A DNA stretch of 64,000 bases from NCBI GenBank assembly GCA_964016885.1, contig OZ024758.1, forward strand, positions 11,346,001-11,410,000, written 5' to 3'. The stretch comes from Eledone cirrhosa. Its lineage: Eukaryota. The translations under genes were made by a program, and so were the position numbers. Positions 28,071-43,499 of this stretch are shown here, piece after piece (the stretch's first letter is position 1; every line of letters begins with the position of its first letter). The notes beneath the pieces were generated by a model. It did not search any database, had not been told where the DNA came from, and saw only the letters and a list, made by a program, of their open reading frames with translations.

Positions 28071-28447
28071 GTATTCCTGTAAATATGTAGAAGGGATTAA
28101 GAAGAGTTTCTATAGATCGGAATTTGATGTAATAAATAATTATTAAATCTCGTCAAAAATGAAGCCATTTTAACAAAAAACATCACTACAAGGCTCAATA
28201 AATACTGAGAGGATTTAATTAAATTGTTTAATGAAGTTGTTTTCTTCACACTTCCCCTATTATCAATTGAGCTTCCATAAATCTATTTGTCTTGCCAATT
28301 ACTGTTGTCAAATCAAAGTGTTTTTAGAATTATACAAACGCCATGTAACGTGTCGCACAGGATTCCTTATATTGCGTGAACATTGATAAGGAGCCAAATA
28401 TTGTTCTAGAATATTCTCAGTGGTATTAAGTATGTAGAACAGTATTT

Positions 28448-28567
28448 GAGAAAGTGAGAGAGGGAGAGAGGGGGAGGGAGAGAGAAAGAGAGAAAGAGAT
28501 AGAGAGAGTGAGTGAGAGAGTGAGTGAGAGAGAGAGAGAGAGAGAAGATAGACAGAGAGAGATGGAG

Positions 28568-28616
<49 letters not shown>

Positions 28617-28617
28617 T

Positions 28618-28652
<35 letters not shown>

Positions 28653-28698
28653 CAGAGAGATAGATATATATATATATAGATAGATAGATAGAGAGAGA

Positions 28699-28736
<38 letters not shown>

Positions 28737-28755
28737 TAGACAGAGAGAGATGGAG

Positions 28756-28806
<51 letters not shown>

Positions 28807-28813
28807 TAGACAT

Positions 28814-28844
<31 letters not shown>

Positions 28845-28889
28845 CATATATATATATATAATATATATATATATTATATATATATTTAT

Positions 28890-28922
<33 letters not shown>

Positions 28923-28935
28923 CATATATATAGAT
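28448..28935. repeat. (GA)n/(GATA)n compound microsatellite
   Basis: Seen directly. Confidence 0.9.
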
Positions 28936-29045
28936 AGTGGAAGTGTGTGTATGTGTGAGTAAGATGTTTGAGAAATTGTCAGTTTATAAATGCCTTAATT
29001 CTTTGGTTTATACACATACTATATATATATATAATAATATATAAT

Positions 29046-29243
29046 TAGGAACGAGTAGGACCCCGACGGCTGAGCTCAAGCCGTTTCGACGGCTAATTCT
29101 GGATTGAGTCCAGAATTAGCCGTCGAAACGGCTTAAGCTCAGCCGTCGGGGTCCTACTCGTTCCTATTACCCACTCTACTACTCTAAGTATTGAGTACTT
29201 TGGTGCGTTATGGTCCATCTGGTTCCTTACCACATTTCCTTCG

Positions 29244-29245
<2 letters not shown>
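29046..29245 (+). mobile_element. family A fold-back element
   Basis: Palindrome 29046-29166 plus unique tail ending in (TA)n. Confidence 0.8.
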
Positions 29246-29280
<35 letters not shown>

Positions 29281-29567
29281 ATCAAAAGAGTTCCATGTAT
29301 TTTATTATGCGCATTCAAAAACAAATATCATCATGCAATAACATTTGCGTTTTCGTCAGATAAAATAGGGAGACATGATATGAAGGTTAAAAAACACTTG
29401 TGAATAGTGCAGTTTTAAATCAACATAAATGCGTATAATAAAATACATGAAACTCTTTTAACCATCTTTTGATCTTATATATTATTTTTACTCCAGTCCT
29501 ACAAACTGTAGAGTTCTACTTATCCGATATCTGCATTGCTTTATTGTACTACAATAAAACTTACCTC

Positions 29568-29611
<44 letters not shown>

Positions 29612-29867
29612 TTATTCAGTAATTTTACGAACCAAGGAGGTTAGTAATGATTGTTAGTAATTTTATTAGGAACGCAGCAAAGTAGATTCCAGGCAAATTG
29701 GGAAATTTTCAGCAGACGCTGTCACCTCATTGATCAGCTCCATCCTCCGTATCAGTCCCTATTGTATATTATTGTTGTAATCAACTGTTATTTTTATAGA
29801 CTAAGATGACATTCTGGTTCTAATATTGTGTAGCTAATTCATTTTACTTGCATCACTTGTACACTTG

Positions 29868-30310
29868 GGAGACAGAGATAGATAGAGAGATAGAGAGAGA
29901 GGGGAGATAGAGATAGAGGAGAGATAGAGAGAGATAGATAGATAGATTGAGGGAGAGAAGTAGAGGAGAGAGAGATAGAGAGAGAGGGAGATAGAGAGAT
30001 AGAGAGATAGATAGATAGATAGATAGAGGGAGAGAGATAGAGGAGAGAGAGATAGAGAGAGAGGGAGAGAGAGATAGAGATAGATAGATAGATAGAGAGA
30101 GAGAAAGAGAGGGAGATAGATAGATAGATAGATAGATAGAGGGAGAGAGATAGAGGGAGATAGAGATAGATAGATAGATAGAGGGAGAGAGATAGAGGGA
30201 GAGATAGATAGATATATAGATAGAGAGAGAGAGAGATAAATAGAGAGGGAGAGACAGAGAGATAAATAGAGAGAGGGAGGGAAAGAGAGAAGTGAGAGTA
30301 GACATAAATA

Positions 30311-30407
<97 letters not shown>

Positions 30408-30454
30408 AGATTGATAGAGAGAGGGTGAGTGAGTGCGAGAGTGAAAGAGAGAGA

Positions 30455-30527
<73 letters not shown>
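29868..30527. repeat. (GA)n/(GATA)n compound microsatellite
   Basis: Seen directly. Confidence 0.9.
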
Positions 30528-30528
<1 letters not shown>

Positions 30529-30805
30529 ATGAACTGTTCTCGCTCACTTGATACTAACAATTGTTGATTATACATATGGAAGCATTAAAACGTAAACAAT
30601 TCACAGTATATGAAATCAATGTGTTTCTGATTAATGTTATTGGAAACAAAATGGCTGAGAGAGAGAAGAAATGTACATTGTATAGACTGCGCTATTGTTA
30701 TTGGTGGGGGCGACCGAATCCAGATTAGTTCTTATCGATTAGACGTACAGCATGCATGAAGCAGTGGGTTCGTATGGATAGGTATGACGCACAGGTCTAT
30801 TGTTA

Positions 30806-30860
<55 letters not shown>

Positions 30861-30867
30861 ATATAGA

Positions 30868-30899
<32 letters not shown>

Positions 30900-30929
30900 C
30901 ATGCCTCCACCTTTACTGACCAACCACGT

Positions 30930-31532
30930 AGAGTGCAGTACAGTAAAGCATAGTACAGTACAGTATAGTAGAGTGCAGTATAGTAAAGCATAGTACAGTA
31001 CAGTATAGTAGAGTGCAGTATAGTAATGCACAGTACAGTACAGTATAGTAGAGTGCAGTATAGTAATGCACAGTACAGTACAGTACACTATAGCACAGTA
31101 CAGTAGAGTGCAGTACAGTACAGTATAGTACAGTACAGTATAGTACAGTACAGTACAGTACAGTATAGTACAGTACAGTACAGTACAGTACAGTATAGTA
31201 CAGTACAGTATAGTACAGTACAGTATAGTACAGTACAAGTATAGTACGTAGTACAGTACAGTACAGTACAATACAGTATAGTACAGTGCAGTGTAGTATA
31301 GTGCAATACAATACAATACAATACAGTACAGTACAGTACAATACAATACAATACAGTACAGTACAGTACAGTATAGTAGAGTGCAGTAGAGTGCAGTACA
31401 GTACAGTAAAGCACAGTAGAGTACAGTACAGTATAGTACAGTACAATGCAGTGCAGTGCAGTATAGTGCAATACAATACAATACAATACAGTACAGTACA
31501 ATACAATACAATACAGTACAGTACAGTACAGT
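30930..31532. repeat. (CAGTA)n pentanucleotide satellite
   Basis: Seen directly. Confidence 0.93.
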
Positions 31533-31684
31533 GGAAATTCACCCGGCAATAGACAATCTTATGGTGTAAAGGTGTAAACTGTGACTGTCTAGACACAATA
31601 TGTTCGTTCCATTTTCACCGCCTATTTCTGTACAACTGCATATTATAATGTTTATTACAGCAGAGTCAGACAGAGAACTATATG

Positions 31685-32305
31685 ACTGCACCGCAGTTGC
31701 TATTTATCTCTGCACACATAATTGATATGACTGCAGGGTGCACCAAAATTACTATTTATCTGCAGATATCATTGATATGATTGCACGGCACGGAGCACCA
31801 GAGTTACTATTTATCTCTGCACATATAATTGATATAACTGCACCACAGTTGCTATTTTTCTCTGCACATTTAATTGATATGATTGTATCACAGTTGCTTT
31901 TTATCTGCACACAATTGATATAACTGCACGGTGCACCAAAGTTGCTATTTATCTGCAGACGGTGCACCAAAGTTGCTATTTATCTCTGCACATTTAATTT
32001 ATATAACTGCACGGTGCACCAAAGCTGCTATTTATCTGCAGGTATTATTGATTCGATTGCACGGTGCACCAACGTTGCTATTTATCTCTGCACATATAAT
32101 TTATATAACTGCACGGTGCACCAAAGCTGCTATTTATCTGCAGGTATTATTGATTCGATTGCACGGTGCACCAAAGTTGCTATTTATCTCTGCACATATA
32201 ATTGATATAACTGCACGGTGCACCAAAGTTGCTATTTATCTGCACTTATCATTGATATGACGGCACGGTGCACCACAGTTTCTAGTTATTTGCACTTATC
32301 ATTGG
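31685..32305. repeat. about 50-bp degenerate minisatellite (gcacggtgcaccaaagttgctatttatctctgcacatataattgatataact)
   Basis: Tandem copies with two alternating variants. Confidence 0.88.
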
Positions 32306-32521
32306 TGCCGTGCATCCCAGCGCAACACCTGACCTAATTAGAGTCTGTAAATATTTATGGGTTTTCTGGGTTGTCGAGGAGAGATAGTAATTTTAAAATT
32401 GTTTTGTAGATTTGCTCAAAGGTGTTATAGATGTATCTGAGATTTTGAAGATGGTTTTTAGATCAATGACTCGGACAGTGAAGATTAGAGATTTCTGCTA
32501 CACTAAACAGCATCTTCTGTT

Positions 32522-32778
32522 TCTTGGGTAATGACCGAAAGCGAATACCAGCGGCCGAAATGGGGTTCCTCCAAAGGGTCTTTAGAATAGCGTTACTCGA
32601 TAGAATGTGTAGCTTAGAGATCAAAGAGTTGCTCCAGGTAGAGCCGCCACTTCTCCGAAATGAGAGATTATAGCTACGATATTACGTACATTAGAATGTC
32701 TGAGGAAGGAATAGTTAGACAGATTTTACGGACAAAAACCAACCATCAGGAGACCCAGCGGTAGACTACGAGCAAGGG
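32522..32778 (+). mobile_element. RTE-clade LINE (Rex3/Expander-like) ORF C-terminal relic
   Basis: With frameshifts and a stop: SWVMTE/RIPAAEMGFLQRV...LLDRMCSLEIKELLQVEPPLLRNERL*LRYYVH/RMSEEGIVRQIL/RRPSGRLRAR. This is collinear with the RTE C-terminal pattern WVMTE..IQAAEMxFLRRV..DRVRS..I...L.VEPLLL.IER.QLRW.GH..RM..RRPRGRPR. Confidence 0.8.
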
Positions 32779-32918
32779 TTATTAAACCCGGTGGAGTCAG
32801 TTCCCCTCTCCATGTCAGAACACAGCTGATTTATTCCAGAGAAAGAGAGATGGCGATAGAGAGGAAAAGAGAGAGGGATATAGAAGAACAATCGTCCATA
32901 GTATTGGACTAATATTGT

Positions 32919-33133
32919 TTTTATTGACCTTGAACAGATGAACTGTAAAGTTGAAAGTTGACCTTAACGGGATTTGGGACTGCATAGTTGACCTGGGTGG
33001 GGTTTGGGACAGCATGGTTTACCTTAGCGGGATTTGGAACAGCATAATTGACCTCAGTGGAATTTGGGACTGCATAGTTGACCTTAGCGAGATTTTGGAC
33101 TGCAAAGTTGACCTTGGCGGGGTTTGGACTCTG
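32919..33133 (-). mobile_element. diverged SINE whose B-box region is amplified into six 30-bp units
   Basis: Units gttgacct-n-gcgggatttggnactgcata match the SINE segment aaagttgacctcggcgggatttgaactc. Confidence 0.7.
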
Positions 33134-33137
33134 AGAA

Positions 33138-33249
<112 letters not shown>

Positions 33250-33821
33250 TTTTAATTACTCTACCAATTTCCTGCCAACCCACGAACATGTATATTTACA
33301 ATTTAATTAATTGAATTGAAATGCTTGAAACAGAGACAACGTTGCTTTCAAGCCTTGCTGATCGATACAATAGATATCAATCAAGTATTGAAATCGATTC
33401 AGTCGATAATACGATTCATCTATAAATCTGAACTTTGTCTGCTAATTTAACTAATTATTTTTTATTAATTATTTATTCTTTATGCAAATAAATAAACAAT
33501 AAATAAATGAACGAATAAAAAAGGAAATTGAAACAGAAAAGGGATTATGTTGGTGGGAGTGGCGGTATCGATTATGGTGGTGGGAGTGGTGGTATCGATT
33601 ATGGAGGTGGGAGTGGTGGTATCGATTATGGTGGTGATGATGATGTTGGTGACTATAGTGATGTGGTTTAGGATTATGATATGGTTGAACGTATGACTAT
33701 CGCGAAGAAGAAGAAGAAGAAGAAGAAGAAGAAGAAGAAGAAGAAGAAGACTGATAAAGTTGAAAAAATATATTGAGTAATAAAAGGAAAGGAGAGATAA
33801 TAAAGCAATAAAGAGAGAGAA

Positions 33822-33858
<37 letters not shown>

Positions 33859-33939
33859 AAAAGAAGAAAAGAAGTGGAAGAGCTATTACTATCACCACTA
33901 CTACTACTACAACTATTTCTTCTACAACTACAACTACTA

Positions 33940-34189
33940 AAAAGAAGAAGAAGAAGAAGAAGAAGAAGAAGAAGAAGAAGAAGATTAAGAAGAAGAAGAA
34001 GAAGAAGAAGGAAAAGAAGAAGAAGAAGAAGAAGAAGATTAAGAAGAAGAAGAAGAAGAAGGAAAAGAAGAAGAAGAAGAAGAAGATTAAGAAGAAGAAG
34101 AAGAAGAAGGAAAAGAAGAAGAAGAAGAAGAAGAAGAAGAAGAATGAGATTAAGAAGAAGAAGAAGAAGAAGAAGGAAAAGAAGAAGAT

Positions 34190-34220
<31 letters not shown>

Positions 34221-34768
34221 AAGAAAAGCAGAAGATGAATAATAATAAGAAAAAGAAGAAGGAAAAGAAGAAGAAGATTAAAAAGAAGAAGAAGAAGAAG
34301 AAGAAGAAGAAGAAGAAGATTAAGAAGAAGAAGAAGGAAAAGAAGAAGAAGAAGAAGAAGAAGAAGAAGAAGATTAAGAAGAAGAAGAAGAAGAAGGAAA
34401 AGAAGAAGAAGAAGAAGAAGAAGAAGAATGAGATTAAGAAGAAGAAGAAGAAGAAGGAAAAGAAGAAGATTAAGAAGAAGAAGAAGAAGAAGAAGAAAAG
34501 CAGAAGATGAATAATAATAAGAAAAAGAAGAAGGAAAAGAAGAAGAAGATTAAAAAGAAGAAGAAGAAGAAGAAGAAGAAGAAGAAGAAGAAGATTAAGA
34601 AGAAGAAGAAGGAAAAGAAGAAGAAGAAGGAAAGCAGAAGATGAATAATAAGAAGAAAAAGAAGGAAAAGAAGAAGGGGAAGAAGATGAATAATAATAAG
34701 AAGAAAAATAAGAAGAAGAAGGAAAAGAAGAAGAAGAAGAAGGAAAAGAAGAAGGAGAAGAAGAAGCA
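33940..34768. repeat. (GAA)n compound array
   Basis: Seen directly. Confidence 0.95.
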
Positions 34769-34924
34769 AATGAATGAATATTGGTTGATGTTTGTACGGT
34801 GTAGCGGGAGAGGTTGGTTGAGGAAAAAAGATCGAATCAGTTTTAGAGTTTAGCTGAAGGTTATATAGTTTTATATGAAGTTTATTTAATTAGAACTACC
34901 TGTAATGAGGAGATTCGTAATTAA

Positions 34925-36721
34925 ACACACACACACATACACACACACATATACACACACATATACACACATGTACACACACAGACACACACACACATAC
35001 ATACATGTACACACACATGTACATATGTACACACATACACACACACACACACACACATGTACACACACACCCACACATATACACATACACACATCTACAC
35101 ACACACACATATATACACTCACACATAAACACACACATACACACATGTACACACACATGTACACATGTACACACACATGTACACATGTACACACAGACAC
35201 ACACACACACACATGTACACACACACCCACACATATACACATACACACATCTACACACACACACATATATACACTCACACATAAACACACACATACACAC
35301 ATGTACACACACATGTACACATGTACACACACATGTACACATGTACACACAGACACACACACACACACATGTACACACACACCCACACATACACACTCAC
35401 ACATCTACACACACATACACACATCTACACACACACACATATACACTCACACATACACACACACATACACACATGTACACACACATGCACACATGTACAC
35501 ACACATGTACACATGTACAAATGTACACACACACACATGTACACATGTACACACACACACACACATGTACACATGTACACACACGTACACACACACACAC
35601 ACATGTACACATGTACACACACACAACCTTTACATTTAACTCTTTCTCTCTGACTCTCATTCCTCTCTCTCTCTTTCTGACTCGCCTTCCTCTCTCTCTG
35701 TATGTCTCTGCGTCTCACTTTACTCTCTCCGTCTCTCCTTCCTCCCTCTTTCTCTGTGTCTCCTTTTATTCTCTCTTTCTGTCCTTCATTCCCCTAACTC
35801 TCTATCTCTCTCTGCTCTCACTCTCCTTCTTCTCTCTTTGTATCTCTATTATCTCTCTATTCTCTGTCTCACTCCCCTACCTCTCTCTCAGTGTCTCACT
35901 TCACTCTCTCTCTGTTTCCCCACTCGCTTTCTCTGTATTTCACTCCCCCCTCTCTCTCTATTCTCTCTCTCTCTCTGTCTCTCACTCTCTTCCCTCTCTC
36001 TGTATCTCTATTCTCTCTCTCTCTTTGTCTCTTATACCCTGCCTCTCTCTGTATCTCAGGTTACTCTCTCTCACTCTCTCTCTTTCCCAACTCCCTCACT
36101 CTGTATGTGTATTCTCTCTCTCTGTCTCCCTCTCTCTCTCTGTCTCACTTTATTCTCTGCCTCTCTCTCTGTCTCTCACCCCCTCTCTCTATATATATCT
36201 CTATTCTCTCTCTCTCTCTCTGTCTCACTTTATTCTCTGCCCCTCTCTTTGTCTCTCACGCCCCCTCTCTCTATATATATCCATTCTCTCTCTCTCTGTC
36301 TCTCTCTCTCCCTCTCTCCGTCTGTCTCACTTTATTCTCTGCCTCTCTCTCTGTCTCTCACCCCCCTCTCTCTATATATATCTCTATTCTCTCTCTTTCT
36401 CTCTGTCTCACTTTATTCTCTGCCTCTCTCTCTGTCTCTCACCCCCTCTCTCTATATATATCTATTCTCTCTCTCTCTCTGTCTCTCTCTCCCTCTCTCT
36501 GTCTGTCTCACTTTATTCTCTGCCTCTCTCTCTGTCTCTCACCCCCCTCTCTCTATATATATCTCTATTCTCTCTCTTTCTCTCTGTCTCACTTTATTCT
36601 CTGCCTCTCTCTCTGTCTCTCACCCCCTCTCACTCTATATATATCTATTCTCTCTCTCTGTCTCTCATTCCCCCTCTCTCTCTATATATCTCTATTCTAT
36701 CTCTCTCTCTATATATATCTC

Positions 36722-36760
<39 letters not shown>

Positions 36761-36910
36761 CCCTCTCTCTATATATATCTCTATTTTCTCTCTCTCTGAC
36801 TCGCATTATTCTCTGCCTCTCACTCTGTCTCTCACTCCCCCCTCTCTCTCTATATATCTATTCTATCTCTCTCTCTATATATCTCTATTCTATCTCTCTC
36901 TATATATCTC
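34925..36910. repeat. (CA)/ACATGT-derived array (34925-35625) followed by a (CT)-derived array (35640-36910)
   Basis: Seen directly; local higher-order duplications. Confidence 0.9.
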
Positions 36911-37034
36911 TGAGTTCTTACTTTCACTTTCACTTTACAAAAGATGTTGTATCAGTGATTTGAATGACAAATATATTAACATAGACTGTTACGAGACTAT
37001 AATAAGACTACATAACAGCAACTGCTACTGTCGA

Positions 37035-37140
37035 TGTGGCTACTGCTACTACTACTGCTACTACTACTGCTACTATCACCAATACTACTACTACCACTAC
37101 TACTACTACCACCACTACTACTACTGCTACTACTACTACA

Positions 37141-37186
<46 letters not shown>

Positions 37187-37193
37187 TCACCAA

Positions 37194-37259
<66 letters not shown>

Positions 37260-37294
37260 CACTACTGCTACTACTACTACTGCTACTACTACTT

Positions 37295-37332
<38 letters not shown>

Positions 37333-37333
37333 G

Positions 37334-37364
<31 letters not shown>

Positions 37365-37434
37365 CACCCACCACCACCACCACCACCACCATCACCACTA
37401 CTACTACTTCTACTACTACTTCTACTTCTACTAT

Positions 37435-37470
<36 letters not shown>

Positions 37471-38530
37471 GATCACCACTAATACCACCACCACCACCAC
37501 CACCACCACCACCACCACTACTACTACTTCTACTACTACTACTACTTCTACTATTACTACCACCACCACCACCACCACCACCACCACCACCACCACCACC
37601 ACCACCACTACTACTACTACTACTCAACGTTCTCTACTACTCCTACCGCTACCACGTCAGTAGTGACTGCTACTGCTCCCGCCACTGTTGCGCTAGCACG
37701 GAGTCAACGACCACCACCACCTCCGCCACCATCACCACCACCACAACGACCACCTCCGCCACCATCATCACCATCACTACTACCACAACCACAACCACCA
37801 CCACCTCCGCCACCATCACCACCACTACAACGGCCACCTCCGCCACCATCATCACCATCACTACTACCACAACAACCACCACCTCCACCACCGCCACCAT
37901 CACCACCTCTACAACGGCCACCTCCGCCACCATCATCACCATCACTACTACCACAACCACCACCTCCACCTCCACCACCATCACCACAACCACCGCCACC
38001 TCCGCCACCATCACCACCACTACAACGGCCACCTCCGCCACCATCATCACCATCACTACTACCACAACCACCACCTCCACCTCCACCACCATCACCACAA
38101 CCACCACCACCTCCGCCACCATCACCACCTCTACAACGGCCACCTCCGCCACCATCATCACCATCACTACTACCACAACCACCACCTCCACCTCCACCAC
38201 CATCACCACAACCACCGCCACCTCCGCCACCATCACCACCACTACAACGGCCACCTCCGCCACCATCATCACCATCACTACCACCATCACCACCACTACA
38301 ACGACCACCTCCGCCACCATCATCACCATCACTACTACCACAACCACCACCACCACCTCCACCGCCACCATCACTACAACGACCACCTCCACCTCCACCA
38401 CCATCACCACTACTACAACAACGACCACCACTACCACCTCCACCACCATCACCACTACAACCGCCACCACCACTAGCATAACCACATCTACCACCGTCAT
38501 CTTCATCACCACCACAACAAACACCGCCCA

Positions 38531-38588
<58 letters not shown>

Positions 38589-38778
38589 GCTACTACTGCT
38601 ACTGCTACTGCTACTACTACTGCTAGTATTACTACTGCTACTACTACTACTACTACTACTACTGCTACTGCTACTACTACTACTACCACTACTACTACTA
38701 CTGCTACTACTGCTACTGCTACTACTGCTACTGCTACTGCTACTACTGCTACTACTACTACTGCTACTGCTACTACTG

Positions 38779-38834
<56 letters not shown>

Positions 38835-38844
38835 GCTGCTGCTG

Positions 38845-38903
<59 letters not shown>

Positions 38904-38988
38904 GCTACTGCTACTACTACTACTACCACTACTACTACTACTGCTATTACTGCTACTGCTACTACTGCTACTGCTACTGCTACTACTG

Positions 38989-39019
<31 letters not shown>

Positions 39020-39096
39020 GACGACGACGACGACGACGACGACTGCTGCTGCTGCTGCTACTACTACTACTACTACTACTACTGCTACTACTACTG

Positions 39097-39165
<69 letters not shown>

Positions 39166-39190
39166 ATGCTACTACTAATGCTACTACTAT
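37035..39190. repeat. (CTA)n/(CCA)n compound trinucleotide array
   Basis: Seen directly. Confidence 0.93.
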
Positions 39191-39359
39191 CAGTTGTGTT
39201 ACAGTCGTTGATATTACAATGTCTGCTACTACAACCGCAACTACTTCTTCCATGGAATTCATCGTTCGCTCGTGACTCCTTTTACCAAAAATAGCCAAAC
39301 ATACACCCCCTCCTTTCTTACTTTGCAACACCAAACCCCGCCGCCTCCACCATCACCGA

Positions 39360-39411
<52 letters not shown>

Positions 39412-39489
39412 GTTGTATTTAGACGTTTAAGCGAGTTACTCCGCCCATTATTATCACAACCACCAAAATCCCACAAATTTACTGCCACC

Positions 39490-42400
39490 ACCACCACCAC
39501 CACCTCTACAGGCCACTAACACTCCTACTACTACCACCACCACCACCACCACCTCCTCTACAGACCACTAACACTCCTACTACTACTACCACCACCACCA
39601 CCACCACCACCTCTACAGGCCACTAACACTCCTACTACTACCACCACCACCACCACCACCTCCTCTACAGACCACTAACACTCCTACTACTACTACCACC
39701 ACCACCACCACCACCACCTCTACAGGCCACTAACACTCCTACTACTACCACCACCACCACCACCACCTCCTCTACAGACCACTAACACTCCTACTACTAC
39801 TACCACCACCACCACCACCACCACCTCTACAGGCCACTAACACTCCTACTACTACTACCACCACCACCACCACCTCCTCTACAGACCACTAACACTCCTA
39901 CTACTACTACCACCACCACCACCACCACCACCTCCTCTACAGACCACTAACACTCCTACTACTACTACCACCACCACCACCACCATCTCTACAGACCACT
40001 AACACTCCTACTACTACCACCACCACCACCACCTCTACAGACCACTAACACTCCTACTACTACCACCACCACCTCTACAGATCACTAACACTCCCACTAC
40101 TACCACCACCACCTCTACAGACCACTAACACTCCTACTACCACCACCACCACCTCTACAAACCACTAACACTTCTACTACTACCACCACCACCTCTACAG
40201 ACCACTAACACTTCTACTACTACCACCACCACCTCTACAGATCACTAACACTCCCACTACTACCACCACCACCTCTACAGACCACTAACACTCCTACTAC
40301 TACTACCACCACCACCACCACCTCTACAGAGCACTAACACTCCCACTACCACCACCACCACCTCTACAGACCACTAACACTCCTACTACTACCACCACCA
40401 CCTCTACAGACCACTAACACTCCTACTACCACCACCACCACCACCTCTACAAACCACTAACACTCCTACTACCACCACCACCACCTCTACAGACCACTAA
40501 CACTCCTACTACTACCACCACCACCTCTACAGACCACTAACACTCCCACTACTACCACCACCACCTCTACAGACCACTAACACTCCTACTACTACTACCA
40601 CCACCTCTACAGACCACTAACACTCCCACTACTACCACCACCACCTCTACAGACCACTAACACTCCTACTACTACCACCACCACCTCTACAGACCACTAA
40701 CACTCCCACTACTACCACCACCACCTCTACAGACCACTAACACTCCTACTACTACCACCACCACCTCTACAGAGCACTAACACTCCCACTACCACCACCA
40801 CCACCTCTACAGACCACTAACACTTCTACTACTACCACCACCACCTCTACAGACCACTAACACTCCCACTACCACCACCACCACCTCTACAAACCACTAA
40901 CACTTCTACTACTACCACCACCACCTCAACAGACCACTAACACTCCCACTACCACCACCACCACCTCTACAAACCACTAACACTCCTACTACCACCACCA
41001 CCACCTCTACAAACCACTAACACTTCTACTACCACCACCACCACCTCTACAAACCACTAACACTCCTACTACCACCACCACCACCTCTACAAACCACTAA
41101 CACTCCCACTACCACCACCACCACCTCTACAAACCACTAACACTTCTACTACCACCACCACCACCTCTACAAACCACTAACACTCCTACTACCACCACCA
41201 CCACCTCTACAGACCACTAACACTCCCACTACCACCACCACCACCTCTACAAACCACTAACACTTCTACTACCACCACCACCACCTCTACAAACCACTAA
41301 CACTCCCACTACCACCACCACCACCTCTACAGACCACTAACACTCCCACTACCACCACCACCACCTCTACAAACCACTAACACTCCCACTACCACCACCA
41401 CCACCTCTACAAACCACTAACACTTCTACTACCACCACCACCACCTCTACAGACCACTAACACTCCCACTACCACCACCACCACCTCTACAAACCACTAA
41501 CACTCCCACTACCACCACCACCACCTCTACAAACCACTAACACTTCTACTACCACCACCACCACCTCTACAAACCACTAACACTCCCACTACCACCACCA
41601 CCACCTCTACAGACCACTAACACTCCCACTACCACCACCACCACCTCTACAAACCACTAACACTCCCACTACCACCACCACCACCTCTACAAACCACTAA
41701 CACTTCTACTACCACCACCACCACCTCTACAGACCACTAACACTTCTACTACTACCACCACCACCTCAACAGATCACTAACACTCCCACTACTACCACCA
41801 CCACCTCTACAAACCACTAACACTCCTACTACCACCACCACCACCTCTACAAACCACTAACACTTCTACTACTACCACCACCACCTCTACAAACCACTAA
41901 CACTTCTACTACTACCACCACCACCTCAACAGATCACTAACACTTCTACTACCACCACCACCACCTCTACAAACCACTAACACTCCCACTACCACCACCA
42001 CCACCTCTACAGACCACTAACACTCCCACTACCACCACCACCACCTCTACAAACCACTAACACTCCCACTACCACCACCACCACCTCTACAAACCACTAA
42101 CACTCCCACTACTACCACCACCACCTCTACAAACCACTAACACTCCCACTACCACCACCACCACCTCAACAGATCACTAACACTCCCACTACTACCACCA
42201 CCACCTCTACAAACCACTAACACTCCCACTACCACCACCACCACCTCTACAGACCACTAACACTCCTACTACTACCACCACCACCTCTACAAACCACTAA
42301 CACTCCTACCACCACCACCACCACCTCTACAGACCACTAACACTCCTACTACTACCACCACCACCTCTACAGACCACTAACACTCCCACTACCACCACCA

Positions 42401-43425
42401 CCACCTCTACAAACCACTAACACTTCTACTACTACCACCACCACCTCTACAGACCACTAACACTTCTACTACTACCACCACCACCTCAACAGATCACTAA
42501 CACTCCCACTACTACCACCACCACCTCTACAAACCACTAACACTCCTACTACTACCACCACCACCTCTACAAACCACTAACACTCCTACTACTACCACCA
42601 CCACCTCTACAAACCACTAACACTCCTACTACTACCACCACCACCTCTACAAACCACTAACACTCCTACTACTACCACCACCACCTCTACAAACCACTAA
42701 CACTCCTACTACTACCACCACCACCTCTACAAACCACTAACACTTCTACTACTACCACCACCACCTCTACAGATCACTAACACTCCCACTACTACCACCA
42801 CCACCTCTACAAACCACTAACACTTCTACTACTACCACCACCACCTCTACAAACCACTAACACTTCTACTACTACCACCACCACCTCTACAGACCACTAA
42901 CACTTCTACTACTACCACCACCACCTCTACAGACCACTAACACTCCTACCACCACCACCACCACCTCTACAGAGCACTAACACTCCCACTACCACCACCA
43001 CCACCTCTACAAACCACTAACACTTCTACTACTACCACCACCACCTCTACAAACCACTAACACTTCTACTACTACCACCACCACCTCTACAGAGCACTAA
43101 CACTCCCACTACTACCACCACCACCTCTACAGACCACTAACACTCCCACCACCACCACCACCACCACCACCTCTACAGAGCACTAACACTCCCACCACCA
43201 CCACCACCTCTACAGACCACTAACACTCCTCCCAGCCCCACCACCTCTACAGACACCTAACACTCCCACCACCACCACCACCACCTCTACAGACCATTAA
43301 CACTCCTCCCACCACCACCACCTCTACAGACCACTAACACTCCCACCACCATCATTGTTAGACTACTATGTCCCAAAACTGCTACTTTCAAAGTTCTCAT
43401 ACCCACCTCTACAGACCACTAACAC
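39490..43425. repeat. 40-bp minisatellite (ccacctctacaaaccactaacactcccactaccaccacca), about 95 units
   Basis: Strict 40-bp period in the centre and variable-length units at both edges. Confidence 0.97.
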
Positions 43426-43499
43426 TCCCACCACCATCATTGTTAGACTACTATGTCCCAAAACTGCTACTTTCAAAGTTCTCATACCCACAACTGCCA

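Noticed and set aside
35838-39334. 1145-aa and overlapping Pro/Thr/Gly-rich ORFs
   Set aside because: Concatenated (CT)n, (CTA)n and (CCA)n microsatellites; composition switches exactly with repeat type.
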